This document shows positions 17,552-28,516 of a stretch of 64,000 nucleotides of DNA, in pieces. Numbering within the stretch: the first letter of the stretch is position 1; every line of letters starts with the position of its first letter. A program made the translations under genes and the position numbers. The notes beneath the pieces are model-generated. The model worked only from the letters and a program-made list of their open reading frames with translations, was not told the origin of the DNA and did no database searches. Source of the stretch: an uncultured Polyangiaceae bacterium (GTDB lineage Bacteria > Myxococcota_A > Polyangia > Polyangiales > Polyangiaceae); the NCBI GenBank assembly GCA_965652275.1, contig CBFGUR010000009.1, positions 24,940-88,939 of the forward strand, in the 5' to 3' direction.

Positions 17552-20500
17552 ATGTTTGAAGCCAAGTGTCCGAATTGCAGCTCCTCCTACCAAGTCGACG
17601 AGCGAAGGGTGCCGCCCACCGGTTTGAGGATGCGTTGTCCCAAGTGTGGTGAGTCGTTTCAGGTCAGCGCTCCCGCCTTGTCCGAACCCCCGATCTTGGG
17701 TGCGGCGCTCGGGCTCAAGCAATCCCCGACCACGCACAATCCTCCCGCCCGCCACAAGAAGACCATGCTGGGAGTAGCCGAACAGGGTTCGGGCGGTGCG
17801 CCTCCGCCACGCCCCGCGGGCCCGCCGCGCGCCGCGAGCAAGAAAACGATGATGGGGGTCGCTCCGTCGAGCGACGGCTTCGAATTGGCTTCCCTTGACG
17901 ACGACGAGCCGGTGTCTCTCGATGCCGACGAGTTCGATCTTTCCGGAGGGGAAGGGGACGCGGAGGAGTTCGACCCGATCTCCAAGCTCGATAGCGGCGG
18001 GGTAGATTTGCCCACGCCGAGCGAGCGCCAGCCCCGAGGATCGTCGCCGATTGACCTTCCATCCCTTTCCGATGACGACTTCGAAGAGGCGGAACTTCCA
18101 AGTCTTGGAGGCGAACTCCCCGACCTTCCTTCGCCCGTGAGGGGAGCAGAGCTGCCTGATCTTCCGGGTGAGGAAGCGGAGCTGCCCACACGCGCTGACG
18201 CGGATCTCCCCGATCTTGGCTCGGATCTCCCGTTGGTTGGCGGAGCTAGCCTGCCAGAGCTTTCCGCAGGGCTGCCCGATCTCGATTCCGGGTTACCCAC
18301 CGTGGGCGGGAGCCTCCCTAGTCTAAGCGCCGATCTTCCCGAGACCCAGGGCGGCGTAGGAGGGCTCGATCCGTTCGGTGAGGAGGACATTCTGGGCGCT
18401 CAATCCATGGAGTTCCCCGATTCCGGATCTGCGGGACTGGACTTGAGCGGCCCGCCCCCACCCAATCCTCGAAGAAGCGAAGAGGCAGACGACATCTTCG
18501 GGCAAGGTCCCACCGCCGCGCCACAATCCGTTCGACCGTCGTCATTGGGTTCGGGAAATGCCTCCGCATTCGGCGAGGTCGATATCGAAGGGAACATCCC
18601 GCCGTCTGCTGGCGTCGATGACGAAGACGAGTTCGACGCCTTCCCGACCGACGACAGCGTCTCTGCAGGCCACTCCGCTGGCAGCAGTGATGGGTATGGC
18701 GACGTCGCGCTCGATGGCGGCGGCTCGGGCGCGCTGGATCTAGGCGACGAACTAGACCGGGGTCCACGACCGGTTGGAGGAGCGGCGGCGACCGCCCATG
18801 TCAAGCTCCCTACGGACGAAGAGAAGGCCCGAGCTCTCGAAAAAGCCAAAGAAAAGGTCACCGGCAAGAAGAAACGCCGCAAGACGTCCGGCCTCTCTCG
18901 AGCCACTCGGGTCGGCTTGGCTGGGCTGCTTCTTTTCGCCGTCGCCGGTGGGGCGCTTGCATTGGTTCCCGACCTCGGCCCGTACGGCGCGTATTTCATC
19001 ATCGATACCCTGAAGGCTGACGAGTACGGGCGAGTGCTGAGCGCGGACATCCAACAAGCCGAGAAGCTGCTCCAGGCCGACACGGCGAGTGATGTCTCTC
19101 GCGCGTTCGAGCTCATCGACAGCGGGCGGCGCGGCGCACCTCGTTACAAAGAGCGCAAGGCTTATGCCGCTTACGTTGGCTTTTTCCACCAGCTCCGGTT
19201 CGGGGCGAGTAGCAACGAAAGCACCCAGGCGCAGGTGCTTCTCGATGAGCTCAAAGAGGCGGATCCGTCGACGCGTTTTCTCGATCTCGCGCAACTCACC
19301 CGCGGCGCGGCAGTTGAGGACCCCGAACCGGTCGTTCAGGCGGCGTCCCGTCACATCACTCGAGGCGTCGACTACGCGATGGCCGTCGGGTGGGCTGCCC
19401 TGCGCGTGAAGAACGGAACAACGGCCGAACGCGCCTTTTCGACCGTACTCGAGGCCGAAACCAGCACGCGCGGACACTTTGGCATGGCGAGTGCGCTGGG
19501 CCTTTTGGACAAGCCGGAGGAAGCGAAGAAGCACATGGATGAGGCACTACGCCTCAATCCGGGGCACGCCGGCGCTCGCCTGCTTCAAGCCGAGCTCCAG
19601 CTGCGCGCTCGACAGAACGACCAGGAGATCGTCAAGAATCTCACCCCCTTGAGTGAAGGCAGAGGCGCAAGTCTCGGCGAGCAGGTGAAGGCGCTCGTGC
19701 TTCTCGGCCAGCTTCACCTCGAGCGAGCTCGACTCAAGAAGGCAGAGGCGTCGTTCCAGCAGGCGCTCAAGTTGGATTCTGGAAGTGCTAGCGCTCAGCG
19801 CGGCCTAGCCCAGACTCTCTTCGACAGCGGGCGAATCAGCGAAGCTCTGACGCGCTTCGAGGCGTCGTTGAAACGAGAACCGAAGGACCTCGGTGCCAAT
19901 CTAGGTCTCGTTCAATGCAAGCTGCGCCTGGAGCAACTTCAGGATGCCGTGAAGCATCTTGCCTTGCTCAAAAAGGAGCACCCGAAATCATCAGCGGTCG
20001 CTTACTGGGAGGGCAGAGGTCACGAGGCGGTGGGAGAGAAGGAGGAAGCGGAGAAAGCATACCAGACCGCCATTGATCTCGGGGAAGACAGTCCCGAAAC
20101 GGTCCGGGCGTACGTTTCACTGACGCGATTGCTCGGCCAAAAAGGCAACATCGAAGAGGCCGAAACGATCATTGAGCAGGCTGAAAAACGATTTCCCGAC
20201 GACCCGGCCGTGTACGAAGCTTTGGGAGAACTATCGACGAGTCGCGGTAGCTACGATGAAGCGGTCAAGGACTACGACAAGGCTCTTTCCTTGGATCCGG
20301 AAAACATCGGGCTCAGGTTCTCCCGCGGCATTGCGCTACGGAAGGCTCGCCGGTTCGATGAAGCCGAGAAGGAGTTCGAACACGTCGAGAAGGAGAGCGC
20401 TGACTACCCTGGTCTCGCCCTGGAGCGCGGCAATCTTCACCAAGCCGCGGGGCGCTCGGAGGAGGCGCTCAAGGCTTACGAAAAGGCCTTGGCAGCAGCG

Positions 20501-21313
20501 CCTGACGACAAGGACTTGATGTTGAATGTCGCTTGTGGGCGGGCCGAGGCCGGTCAGGCCGAGCCTGCCCTCGAGCTGCTCGAACCGGTGCTGGAGGAGC
20601 GCGCGAATTCAGCCGAGGTGAACTTCTGCCAAGGGCTGGCGCTTCTGAACAAAGGGGACCTGGCTCAGGCCGATGTCTATCTCAAGCGAGCCGTCAGCCA
20701 AGACGCCACTCGAGCCAAGTATCATCTATACGTGGGCTGGGTGGCCCTCGAGAAGAACGACATGCCGCAGGCTCAGTTGTCGCTCAACAAGACGATTGAG
20801 ATGGACAGAACTCTGGCAGACGCTTACTGGAAGCGAGGCGAACTCCGCGTGAAGACGGCGGCCGTGAAGGATGCGCTTTCCGACCTCAATCGAGCGCTGG
20901 AGATGGCCCCTCATCGGCTCGAAGCACATGCTGCTTCGGCTCGTGCCTACGAGCAGATTGGAAAAGAGCAGGAGGCACTCGATTCGTGGTCCAAGGCAGT
21001 TCAAGCGGAGAACGTCGAGCCGGTTTGGAACTACCAATATGGCAAGCTGCTTTACGTGAACCGCATGGCCGTCGAAGCACGTCAGCAACTAGAAAGGGCT
21101 GTTAAGGGCGCCGAGAAGCTCACCAAGGAGACCTCTCGTACCCCCACCTGGCTGCCCGATGCCCATCGTTACCTGGCCATGGCCATTGGTCGCCATCGAG
21201 ACGCGCTCCAGCATTGGGAGGCGTACGTCAACGCTCGACAGGGAACGAATGAGCCTTACCTCCGCGAGGCGCTCGCCGCCATGAACGAGATCCTCAAGAT
21301 GAGCGGCAACTGA
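17552..21313 (+). CDS. Zn-ribbon (MJ0042-type) / acidic repeat / single-TM / TPR protein
   Basis: The ATG at 17552 gives MFEAKCPNCSSSYQVDERRVPPTGLRMRCPKCGESFQV (CxxC...CxxC). About 400 aa of acidic low-complexity sequence follows. KKKRRK then precedes a TM segment, VGLAGLLLFAVAGGALALV. The last ~780 aa are canonical TPR repeats. The longest ORF (17420) adds 44 non-conserved residues. Confidence 0.85.
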   Translation: MFEAKCPNCSSSYQVDERRVPPTGLRMRCPKCGESFQVSAPALSEPPILGAALGLKQSPTTHNPPARHKKTMLGVAEQGSGGAPPPRPAGPPRAASKKTMMGVAPSSDGFELASLDDDEPVSLDADEFDLSGGEGDAEEFDPISKLDSGGVDLPTPSERQPRGSSPIDLPSLSDDDFEEAELPSLGGELPDLPSPVRGAELPDLPGEEAELPTRADADLPDLGSDLPLVGGASLPELSAGLPDLDSGLPTVGGSLPSLSADLPETQGGVGGLDPFGEEDILGAQSMEFPDSGSAGLDLSGPPPPNPRRSEEADDIFGQGPTAAPQSVRPSSLGSGNASAFGEVDIEGNIPPSAGVDDEDEFDAFPTDDSVSAGHSAGSSDGYGDVALDGGGSGALDLGDELDRGPRPVGGAAATAHVKLPTDEEKARALEKAKEKVTGKKKRRKTSGLSRATRVGLAGLLLFAVAGGALALVPDLGPYGAYFIIDTLKADEYGRVLSADIQQAEKLLQADTASDVSRAFELIDSGRRGAPRYKERKAYAAYVGFFHQLRFGASSNESTQAQVLLDELKEADPSTRFLDLAQLTRGAAVEDPEPVVQAASRHITRGVDYAMAVGWAALRVKNGTTAERAFSTVLEAETSTRGHFGMASALGLLDKPEEAKKHMDEALRLNPGHAGARLLQAELQLRARQNDQEIVKNLTPLSEGRGASLGEQVKALVLLGQLHLERARLKKAEASFQQALKLDSGSASAQRGLAQTLFDSGRISEALTRFEASLKREPKDLGANLGLVQCKLRLEQLQDAVKHLALLKKEHPKSSAVAYWEGRGHEAVGEKEEAEKAYQTAIDLGEDSPETVRAYVSLTRLLGQKGNIEEAETIIEQAEKRFPDDPAVYEALGELSTSRGSYDEAVKDYDKALSLDPENIGLRFSRGIALRKARRFDEAEKEFEHVEKESADYPGLALERGNLHQAAGRSEEALKAYEKALAAAPDDKDLMLNVACGRAEAGQAEPALELLEPVLEERANSAEVNFCQGLALLNKGDLAQADVYLKRAVSQDATRAKYHLYVGWVALEKNDMPQAQLSLNKTIEMDRTLADAYWKRGELRVKTAAVKDALSDLNRALEMAPHRLEAHAASARAYEQIGKEQEALDSWSKAVQAENVEPVWNYQYGKLLYVNRMAVEARQQLERAVKGAEKLTKETSRTPTWLPDAHRYLAMAIGRHRDALQHWEAYVNARQGTNEPYLREALAAMNEILKMSGN
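18002..18343 (+). repeat. Degenerate tandem peptide repeats ([DE]LP-x-[LP]) inside the Zn-ribbon protein
   Basis: The translated repeats read VDLPTP, IDLPSL, AELPSL, GELPDLP, AELPDLP, AELPT, ADLPDL, SDLPLV, ASLPEL, GLPDL, GLPTV, SLPSL, ADLPET. That is about 13 copies spaced roughly 7-12 aa apart. Confidence 0.6.
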
Positions 21314-21345
21314 TCAGTCCGAGAGCCCGCGAACACGAGCAAGAG

Positions 21346-21384
21346 AAAAGCGCCCACTTCCGTTCGGAAGGGGCGCTTTCTTCG
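21346..21384. terminator. Bidirectional intrinsic terminator between convergent genes
   Basis: AAAGCGCCC-A-CTTCC-GTTC-GGAAG-GGGCGCTTT forms a 9+5 bp stem with one bulge. T-runs flank it on both strands (TTTCTTC on +, TTTTCTCTT on -). It sits between the stop at 21313 (+) and the stop at 21410 (-). Confidence 0.6.
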
Positions 21385-21409
21385 TGAGCCAGCGCTCACC
21401 GTTTGGCCA

Positions 21410-21802
21410 CTACAGCTGCTTGGGCTCGTTCGGTACGAACTCGTAGGTGAACGAAGCGACTCCAGTGCGCTGATCCGGAGGATCTAGGGCAAGGCCTTCC
21501 ATCGCCGTTAGCACGCACTGCTGAAGCTTCTTGGGCGCGGTCGTCTTCTCTTCGTTTATCGTCGGGTCGAGGATGGCGCCAGTCTTGGCTTCCACCGTGA
21601 AGTCGACGGCAACGACTCCGCTTGCCTTCTTTTTCTTCTTCAGCACGTCATCGTAGCAAGCCTTGAGCTCGTCACTCTTGCTGGAGAGCAATTCAGTCGT
21701 TTCCTTCTGATAGTCCTCGGCCGAACGGGCGTAGTACGAGCATCCCCAGGCGAAAGAGCTGAGGAGCAACAGAGCAATACTCGTCTTTTTCATCGTCAGC
21801 AT
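21410..21802 (-). CDS. Small lipoprotein with AgmX/PglI-like (TonB-C-like) C-terminal domain
   Basis: The lipobox is LLLLSSFAWGC. The pattern ELKACYDDVL...GVVAVDFTVEAKTGAIL...LQQCVLTAMEGLALDPP...VASFTYEF resembles the myxobacterial AgmX/PglI C-terminal domain. The family assignment is from memory, not from a search. Confidence 0.55.
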   Translation of the reverse strand: MLTMKKTSIALLLLSSFAWGCSYYARSAEDYQKETTELLSSKSDELKACYDDVLKKKKKASGVVAVDFTVEAKTGAILDPTINEEKTTAPKKLQQCVLTAMEGLALDPPDQRTGVASFTYEFVPNEPKQL

Positions 21803-21806
21803 CTCC

Positions 21807-22439
21807 TCACTTCTTGTCCTTCACGGTTTCGGTTGATTTCTCGACGACCTTTTCTTTGCCGGTTGCCGGATCAATCTCCACCTTTTTCTTTGTCACGTCC
21901 TGCTCGACGATGTTGAACTCGACGCGCCGGTTCTTGATGCGTCCCTCTTCCGTTTCGTTGTCCGCGATGGGCTTTGTTTCCCCGTAGCCTTTCGCGGTGA
22001 GCATCTTTGCGTCGATCCCATGCTCGACGAGGTACTTCATCACAGACTTCGAACGGTCGTCCGAAAGCTTCATGTTGAAGGCGTCGTCACCGTCGGAACT
22101 AGCGTGACCTTCGATGGCGATCTTCTTGATATGAGGGTTGTCCTTGATCACCTGCGCGATTTCGTTGAGAAGATCGTGCGATTCTGCCTTGATGTCCGCC
22201 TTGGCCAATTCGAACTGGATCTTTTCATGGATCTCAATCTTGTTGTCCTTCACCTCCACGCGCTTAGGCTTTTCCTTCGGCTTGGGCGGAGGTGGGGGCG
22301 CGGGCAGTGGTGGAGGATCTCCCGCAACGTTGATACTTCCTGAAAATGGCATTTGTCCGCCGCAGGCCACCATCGACAGCGCAACCGTCGAAAGCAGGAC
22401 CCGAGACAGGGTGCGCAAGTTCGTTTGAGATTTGAGCAT
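21807..22439 (-). CDS. OmpA-family peptidoglycan-binding lipoprotein (Pal-like)
   Basis: The lipobox is VALSMVACGG, followed by a Pro-rich linker. The OmpA_C domain reads IAIEGHASSDGDDAFNMKLSDDRSKSVMKYLVEHGI...GYGETKPIADNETEEGRIKNRRVEF. It ends 4 nt upstream of the next gene's start. Confidence 0.9.
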   Translation of the reverse strand: MLKSQTNLRTLSRVLLSTVALSMVACGGQMPFSGSINVAGDPPPLPAPPPPPKPKEKPKRVEVKDNKIEIHEKIQFELAKADIKAESHDLLNEIAQVIKDNPHIKKIAIEGHASSDGDDAFNMKLSDDRSKSVMKYLVEHGIDAKMLTAKGYGETKPIADNETEEGRIKNRRVEFNIVEQDVTKKKVEIDPATGKEKVVEKSTETVKDKK

Positions 22440-22506
22440 GGAAAAAGCTCTCCTTCTTTTGTTCGGCTAATCAGGCCGCCCCGCCATCCTCGCGAGGCAT
22501 CAGGTT

Positions 22507-22520
22507 GTTTCATCTGAAAC
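22507..22520. promoter_or_regulatory. 14-bp inverted repeat GTTTCA-TC-TGAAAC upstream of the OmpA-family operon
   Basis: A perfect 6+6 palindrome lies about 70 bp upstream of the start at 22439, in the AT-richer part of the spacer. Calling it an operator is speculative. Confidence 0.25.
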
Positions 22521-22861
22521 ACGTTTGCGTCAACAGAGGAATGGGAATCCTCAAGTTTGCGCATCTCTACGACGCCGCGCGGCCCGCCCTTCCCAGGATT
22601 AGCAAGGGATGTGCCGGGGGCGTTTCACGCGGGAGGAACAGGCAATTTGTCGGTGCGTCTGCCGTGCGCGATTCTTATCCGGATGGAATCCGGGCGGGAC
22701 ACTCTGCAGAACTTTTTCGCACTTCAGGATGTGGCGGTCACCACGATGGGCGGCAGGGTCGCACGGTAGATACCCATGGGGGACGTCAGCCCGCCATATG
22801 AACTTGCCCCGTTTCCGGTCGGGGTGCCTCCCCAAGAACGCGCAAAGGCTACCGGCTGGAG

Positions 22862-24802
22862 TCAGTCGACGAAAGTCTTGAGGCTCTTCGCCCGACTCGG
22901 ATGACGCAGCTTGCGCAGGGCCTTGGCTTCGATTTGCCGGATGCGTTCCCGAGTCACCTCGAAGTCCTGCCCCACTTCCTCCAGGGTGTGGTCGTTCTTC
23001 TCCCCGATGCCGAACCGCATGCGTAGTACCTTTTCCTCACGTGGGGTGAGGGTCTTCAGCACCTTCCGGGTCTGATCGCTCAGGTTCATGTTGATGACCG
23101 CTTCGGCGGGGTTAACCGCGTTCTTGTCCTCGATGAAGTCCCCGAGATGGCTGTCTTCCTCCTCCCCGATCGGGGTTTCGAGGCTGATCGGCTCTTTGGC
23201 GATTTTGAGCACCTTGCGTACCTTGTCGAGAGGTAGCTCCATCTTCTCCGCGACTTCTTCGGGCGTTGGCTCACGGCCCAGCTCTTGGACGAGGTAGCGG
23301 GAAGTCCGAATCAACTTGTTGATCGTCTCGATCATGTGAACGGGGATGCGAATCGTGCGCGCCTGATCGGCGATGGCTCGGGTGATGGCCTGTCGGATCC
23401 ACCAAGTCGCGTAGGTGCTGAACTTGTAGCCGCGCCTGTATTCGAATTTGTCCACGGCCTTCATCAAACCGATGTTCCCTTCCTGGATCAGATCGAGGAA
23501 TTGTAGCCCGCGGTTCGTATATTTCTTGGCGATGGAAACGACGAGCCGGAGGTTGGCTTCGACCAGCTCCGCCTTCGCTCGTTCCGTCCGGCGCTCGGCG
23601 CTCAGCAGCTCCTTGTGGGTCTGGAGCATCTCATCGATGCTCACTCGCAGCTGTTGTTCCGTCCTCTCGATGATGACCGAGTTGTCGACCAACGTCCGTT
23701 CGATGCGCTCGAGTTGAGTCACGGGAATACGCAGTTCGCCGGCGAAGTCCCGTGCCGCTTCGTTCGAGGCCTTGGCATCTTGAAGCTTCCTGGCGAGGGA
23801 GGCGCGGTCGCAATTGGCGAGTCGTTCGAGGTCTCGGACCTGAATGTCTGCGGCCGTCACGAGGTCGATGCTGCCCTTCAGGCGGGCAACGATTCGGTCC
23901 ATCGTTCTCTTGTTGAAGCGCATCTCCTTGAGGATGTCGGTGATGCGAGCCTTCGAATCGGCGATGATCTCGTCGGTAGCTTTGGCGGCGCTGTTCGAAA
24001 GGGCATCCTCGATTTTCTTCTCCAGGCGCCTTACTTTTTCGAACTGCTTGAGAACGCGTCGATCCAGGTCGTCCTCGTCGACGCCCTCTTCGTCTTCTTC
24101 CGAGTCACGAACGACGTCTTTGGCTCGAAGCTTCCGTTCCTTCAAGAGATCTCCTATCACCAGGATCTCCTCGAGGGTCACGGGACATTGAAGGGCTGCT
24201 TCCAGGATGGAATCCTCACCGGCCTCGATTCGCTTGGCGATCTCGACCTCACCCTCGCGAGTCAGGAGCGGCACCGTCCCCATTTTTCGCAGGTACATTC
24301 GCACTGGGTCGGTGCTGCGGGTCAAGTCCTCGTCCTTCTTCGAGGACTTCTTGGTGGCGCCTTTTTTCGTCGGGGCCTCGTTGAGGAGCTCGACCTCTGC
24401 TTTTTCCAGCTCCGCCATCAGCCGCGACATGACCTTGCGGTCCTCGGCGAGATCTCCCATCGCCTCTTGGATCTCGTCGAAGGTCAGGTACCCCTGGCTC
24501 TTACCTCGCTCCACGAGGAAGTTGGTCTTGGTCAGTTTCTCCTCTCGCGGCGAAGTGGCGTTCGGAATCGACTCCGTCACGACCGGGTCCTTGCGAGTCA
24601 CGCGAACGGGAGCTGATTTGTTTTCGTCCTTCTTTGCCGTCGCTTTTTTCACAGCTGCCTTCTTCGTGGTTGTTCTCTTGGCTGCGGGTTTCTTCGTCGA
24701 TGGGCCGATCTCGGAAGACTTCGTTGCGCCGGTGGCCTCATGTTGGCGCGCCTTGGCTCGCATCGTGGATTTTTTGATCGCTTTCGTCTGTCTCGTCGCC
24801 AT
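22862..24802 (-). CDS. rpoD: RNA polymerase primary sigma factor RpoD (sigma-70)
   Basis: Region 2 reads [54 protein letters not shown]. Region 4.2 reads [30 protein letters not shown]. The ATG at 24802 is preceded by GGGGGAG, directly after the dnaG TAA. The N-terminus is a long Lys/Ala/Thr-rich basic stretch. Confidence 0.97.
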   Translation of the reverse strand: MATRQTKAIKKSTMRAKARQHEATGATKSSEIGPSTKKPAAKRTTTKKAAVKKATAKKDENKSAPVRVTRKDPVVTESIPNATSPREEKLTKTNFLVERGKSQGYLTFDEIQEAMGDLAEDRKVMSRLMAELEKAEVELLNEAPTKKGATKKSSKKDEDLTRSTDPVRMYLRKMGTVPLLTREGEVEIAKRIEAGEDSILEAALQCPVTLEEILVIGDLLKERKLRAKDVVRDSEEDEEGVDEDDLDRRVLKQFEKVRRLEKKIEDALSNSAAKATDEIIADSKARITDILKEMRFNKRTMDRIVARLKGSIDLVTAADIQVRDLERLANCDRASLARKLQDAKASNEAARDFAGELRIPVTQLERIERTLVDNSVIIERTEQQLRVSIDEMLQTHKELLSAERRTERAKAELVEANLRLVVSIAKKYTNRGLQFLDLIQEGNIGLMKAVDKFEYRRGYKFSTYATWWIRQAITRAIADQARTIRIPVHMIETINKLIRTSRYLVQELGREPTPEEVAEKMELPLDKVRKVLKIAKEPISLETPIGEEEDSHLGDFIEDKNAVNPAEAVINMNLSDQTRKVLKTLTPREEKVLRMRFGIGEKNDHTLEEVGQDFEVTRERIRQIEAKALRKLRHPSRAKSLKTFVD

Positions 24803-24812
24803 AGGCTCCCCC

Positions 24813-26789
24813 TTAGAGACCGCGTTTCTTCCTGGCTCGTTCCGTCGTTGCTCTGAGCAGTTCGAGTTCTTGGTCGTAGTCGCCTTCTTGGCGCGCACGT
24901 TCCATCTCGCTCAGGGCTGAAGAAGAGAGCCGGGTCAGTTCCATCTGGTGTAGCTTATCTAAGTTTGCGAAAAGCTCGACCCTTGCTGTCTCAATGTCCA
25001 GGTGTTTTGGAGCTGCGAGCCGTTCGGCGGCGAAGGGCTGGAGACGATTCGGGAGTCTACCCAGGGCCTCGTGTAGAGAGGAAGCGGCCAAATTGCCGCC
25101 TTTTTGGAGCGCGAGGAGCTTGAGAGAGGCCACGGCGGCGGCTGCGTCGCCCTCCATGTGGACGGAGTAATGCATCAGCTCGTCGCTTTCGAGCAGCTCG
25201 GGAAAATCCAGTAGTGCGCCCACGATGGCCCTGCCGATGGCCTGAACCCGTTGATCCGCCGGGTCTTCCGTCGAACCGGGGCCGGGGCCCTCCTCCCAGG
25301 GGGCCGCCCGTTCGATGCGTAGGCTGCGTCGGATGGCCCCATGGAGCGCCCGAAACGTGTGGGCGTCGGCAACGCCGAGTCGACCTGCGAGCTTGTCCGC
25401 GTGACGTTCGGCCAGCGCGGCGACGTTGGGGTCGTCCTCTGCCTTGAGCAGCTCCACGACCTTCTTGATCCGTTTCGCCTGGCCCTCGGCATCCGCGGCG
25501 GCGAAGTTCTCGTCGAGCACTAGCGAGATGAGGTAGTCGAGCATCCCTTGGGATGCGTCGATCAGGTTCTTCAGCCCCTCGGGCCCTCGCGCTCTGACGA
25601 AGTCATCGGGGTCCATTCCCTCTGGCAGTCGGGCGACCTTCGCGCTGAGCCCAGCCTCTTTTGCTGGTTGTCGACTCGCCGCGGTCGCCTTGCGACCCGC
25701 CCCGTCGGCGTCGAAGAGCAGGACGACGTCGCTCGCGAATCGTCTGATGAGTTTCCCCTGTTCGAGCGTGAACGCGGTTCCGAGCGGCGCGACGGCCTGT
25801 GTAAAACCCTGTGCGTGTAGGCTCACGACGTCGAAATTTCCCTCGACGACGACGCATTGATTCTTGGCCCTGAGCGTTGACCGCGCCTGGTAGAGCCCGA
25901 AAACCGTGCTTCGTTTCTTGTAAATCGGCGACTCCGGGGAGTTGATGTACTTCGCGGGTGGCTCTTCGTCCGAGGGGCGAACGGGCGGCAAGCTGCGGCC
26001 GCTGAAAGCCACCACGCGACCGTGGAGATCCACGACCCCAAACATCAGGCGGTGTCGGAAGCGGTCATAGTGCCCTTGGCCCTGACGGCGTGGCGCAATC
26101 AATCCGACCGTTTCCGCGGCACGCAGGTCGTGTCCCGAGCGTTTCAGAAATTCCACCAGCGCGTCCCAGGATTCGGGAGCATAGCCGATGCGAAAGTTTT
26201 GCAGCACACTGCGGGCCGGGCCGTCGTAGGGAAGGTTGCGTCGGGCGAGTTCCTGATGGGCGAACTTCGCATGCTCGTGCTCTTCGAGCATCTCCTCGAA
26301 GAATCGAGCCGCGCTCGCGTTGACGTCGAACAGCGCCTGCTCCTGACGCTTTTCGGCGGCGCGTCTCTTCTTCTCAGCGCTCGAGAGGTCGTCCTCGATT
26401 TCGATCCCGAGCTTTTCACCCAGCGCGCGTACGGCTTCGATGAAGGTGAGTCCTTCTGTCTCCTGCACGAACTTGAAGACGTCGCCTGACGCTTTGCAAC
26501 CGAAGCAGTGGTAAAAGCCTCGCTCCTCGTTGACGTTGAAGCTGGGGCTCTTCTCTTTGTGAAACGGGCACAGGCCGGTCAGGCTTCGTCCCTTGCGCTC
26601 CAACTTGACCGACTCGCCGATGATGTCGGCAATGTTCGCGAGATCGCGAATCCGGTCGATGGTCTCCTGGGCGATCACAGGCGTCTTGGATATTCCGATC
26701 TTGGGGTCGGTGAAAGGCCTCAGCGTTTCGAGTGTGCACCCGACCGAAATTTCGGCGAAAGTGGAACGAGGAAAACGGGGGCGGACCAT
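24813..26789 (-). CDS. dnaG: DNA primase
   Basis: The CHC2 zinc finger is [25 protein letters not shown] and the TOPRIM motif is [13 protein letters not shown]. The ATG at 26789 is preceded by GAGGA. An alternative GTG at 26678 would give the more usual N-terminus (V)IAQETIDRI. Confidence 0.95.
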   Translation of the reverse strand: MVRPRFPRSTFAEISVGCTLETLRPFTDPKIGISKTPVIAQETIDRIRDLANIADIIGESVKLERKGRSLTGLCPFHKEKSPSFNVNEERGFYHCFGCKASGDVFKFVQETEGLTFIEAVRALGEKLGIEIEDDLSSAEKKRRAAEKRQEQALFDVNASAARFFEEMLEEHEHAKFAHQELARRNLPYDGPARSVLQNFRIGYAPESWDALVEFLKRSGHDLRAAETVGLIAPRRQGQGHYDRFRHRLMFGVVDLHGRVVAFSGRSLPPVRPSDEEPPAKYINSPESPIYKKRSTVFGLYQARSTLRAKNQCVVVEGNFDVVSLHAQGFTQAVAPLGTAFTLEQGKLIRRFASDVVLLFDADGAGRKATAASRQPAKEAGLSAKVARLPEGMDPDDFVRARGPEGLKNLIDASQGMLDYLISLVLDENFAAADAEGQAKRIKKVVELLKAEDDPNVAALAERHADKLAGRLGVADAHTFRALHGAIRRSLRIERAAPWEEGPGPGSTEDPADQRVQAIGRAIVGALLDFPELLESDELMHYSVHMEGDAAAAVASLKLLALQKGGNLAASSLHEALGRLPNRLQPFAAERLAAPKHLDIETARVELFANLDKLHQMELTRLSSSALSEMERARQEGDYDQELELLRATTERARKKRGL

Positions 26790-26924
26790 TTGTCCTCATG
26801 TTTCGGCGGCAATGCGCTTTGACCGCTGACTCGGTGATCAGTTCTCGTTGGCAGACCCTGTAAGGCGTGGTAGACGCGCGGCGCCCGCTTCCAACTGGGC
26901 TCCGCACGCGGAGCCTTCGAGCGA

Positions 26925-26940
26925 GGGCGCCCGGGCGCCC
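26925..26940. promoter_or_regulatory. Perfect 16-bp palindrome GGGCGCCCGGGCGCCC in the dnaG/atpD divergent spacer
   Basis: The sequence is its own reverse complement. It lies in the 265-bp intergenic region between divergent dnaG and atpD. Its function is unknown. Confidence 0.25.
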
Positions 26941-27039
26941 CTCGAGTGGTTTTCAGGAACTCGCACGAAACACGGACGCGGTAGAAGTTCTCGGCGCAGT
27001 GCGCCGCAGGTTTTCCAAAAACGCCCCCGAAAACGATAG

Positions 27040-28494
<1,455 letters not shown>

Positions 28495-28516
28495 GAAGTC
28501 GACCTAGGAATCGATC

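Noticed and set aside
23615-24616. 333-aa plus-strand ORF antisense to rpoD
   Set aside because: rpoD on the minus strand is unambiguous, with conserved regions 2-4. The antisense frame has no recognisable domain and is a typical shadow ORF.
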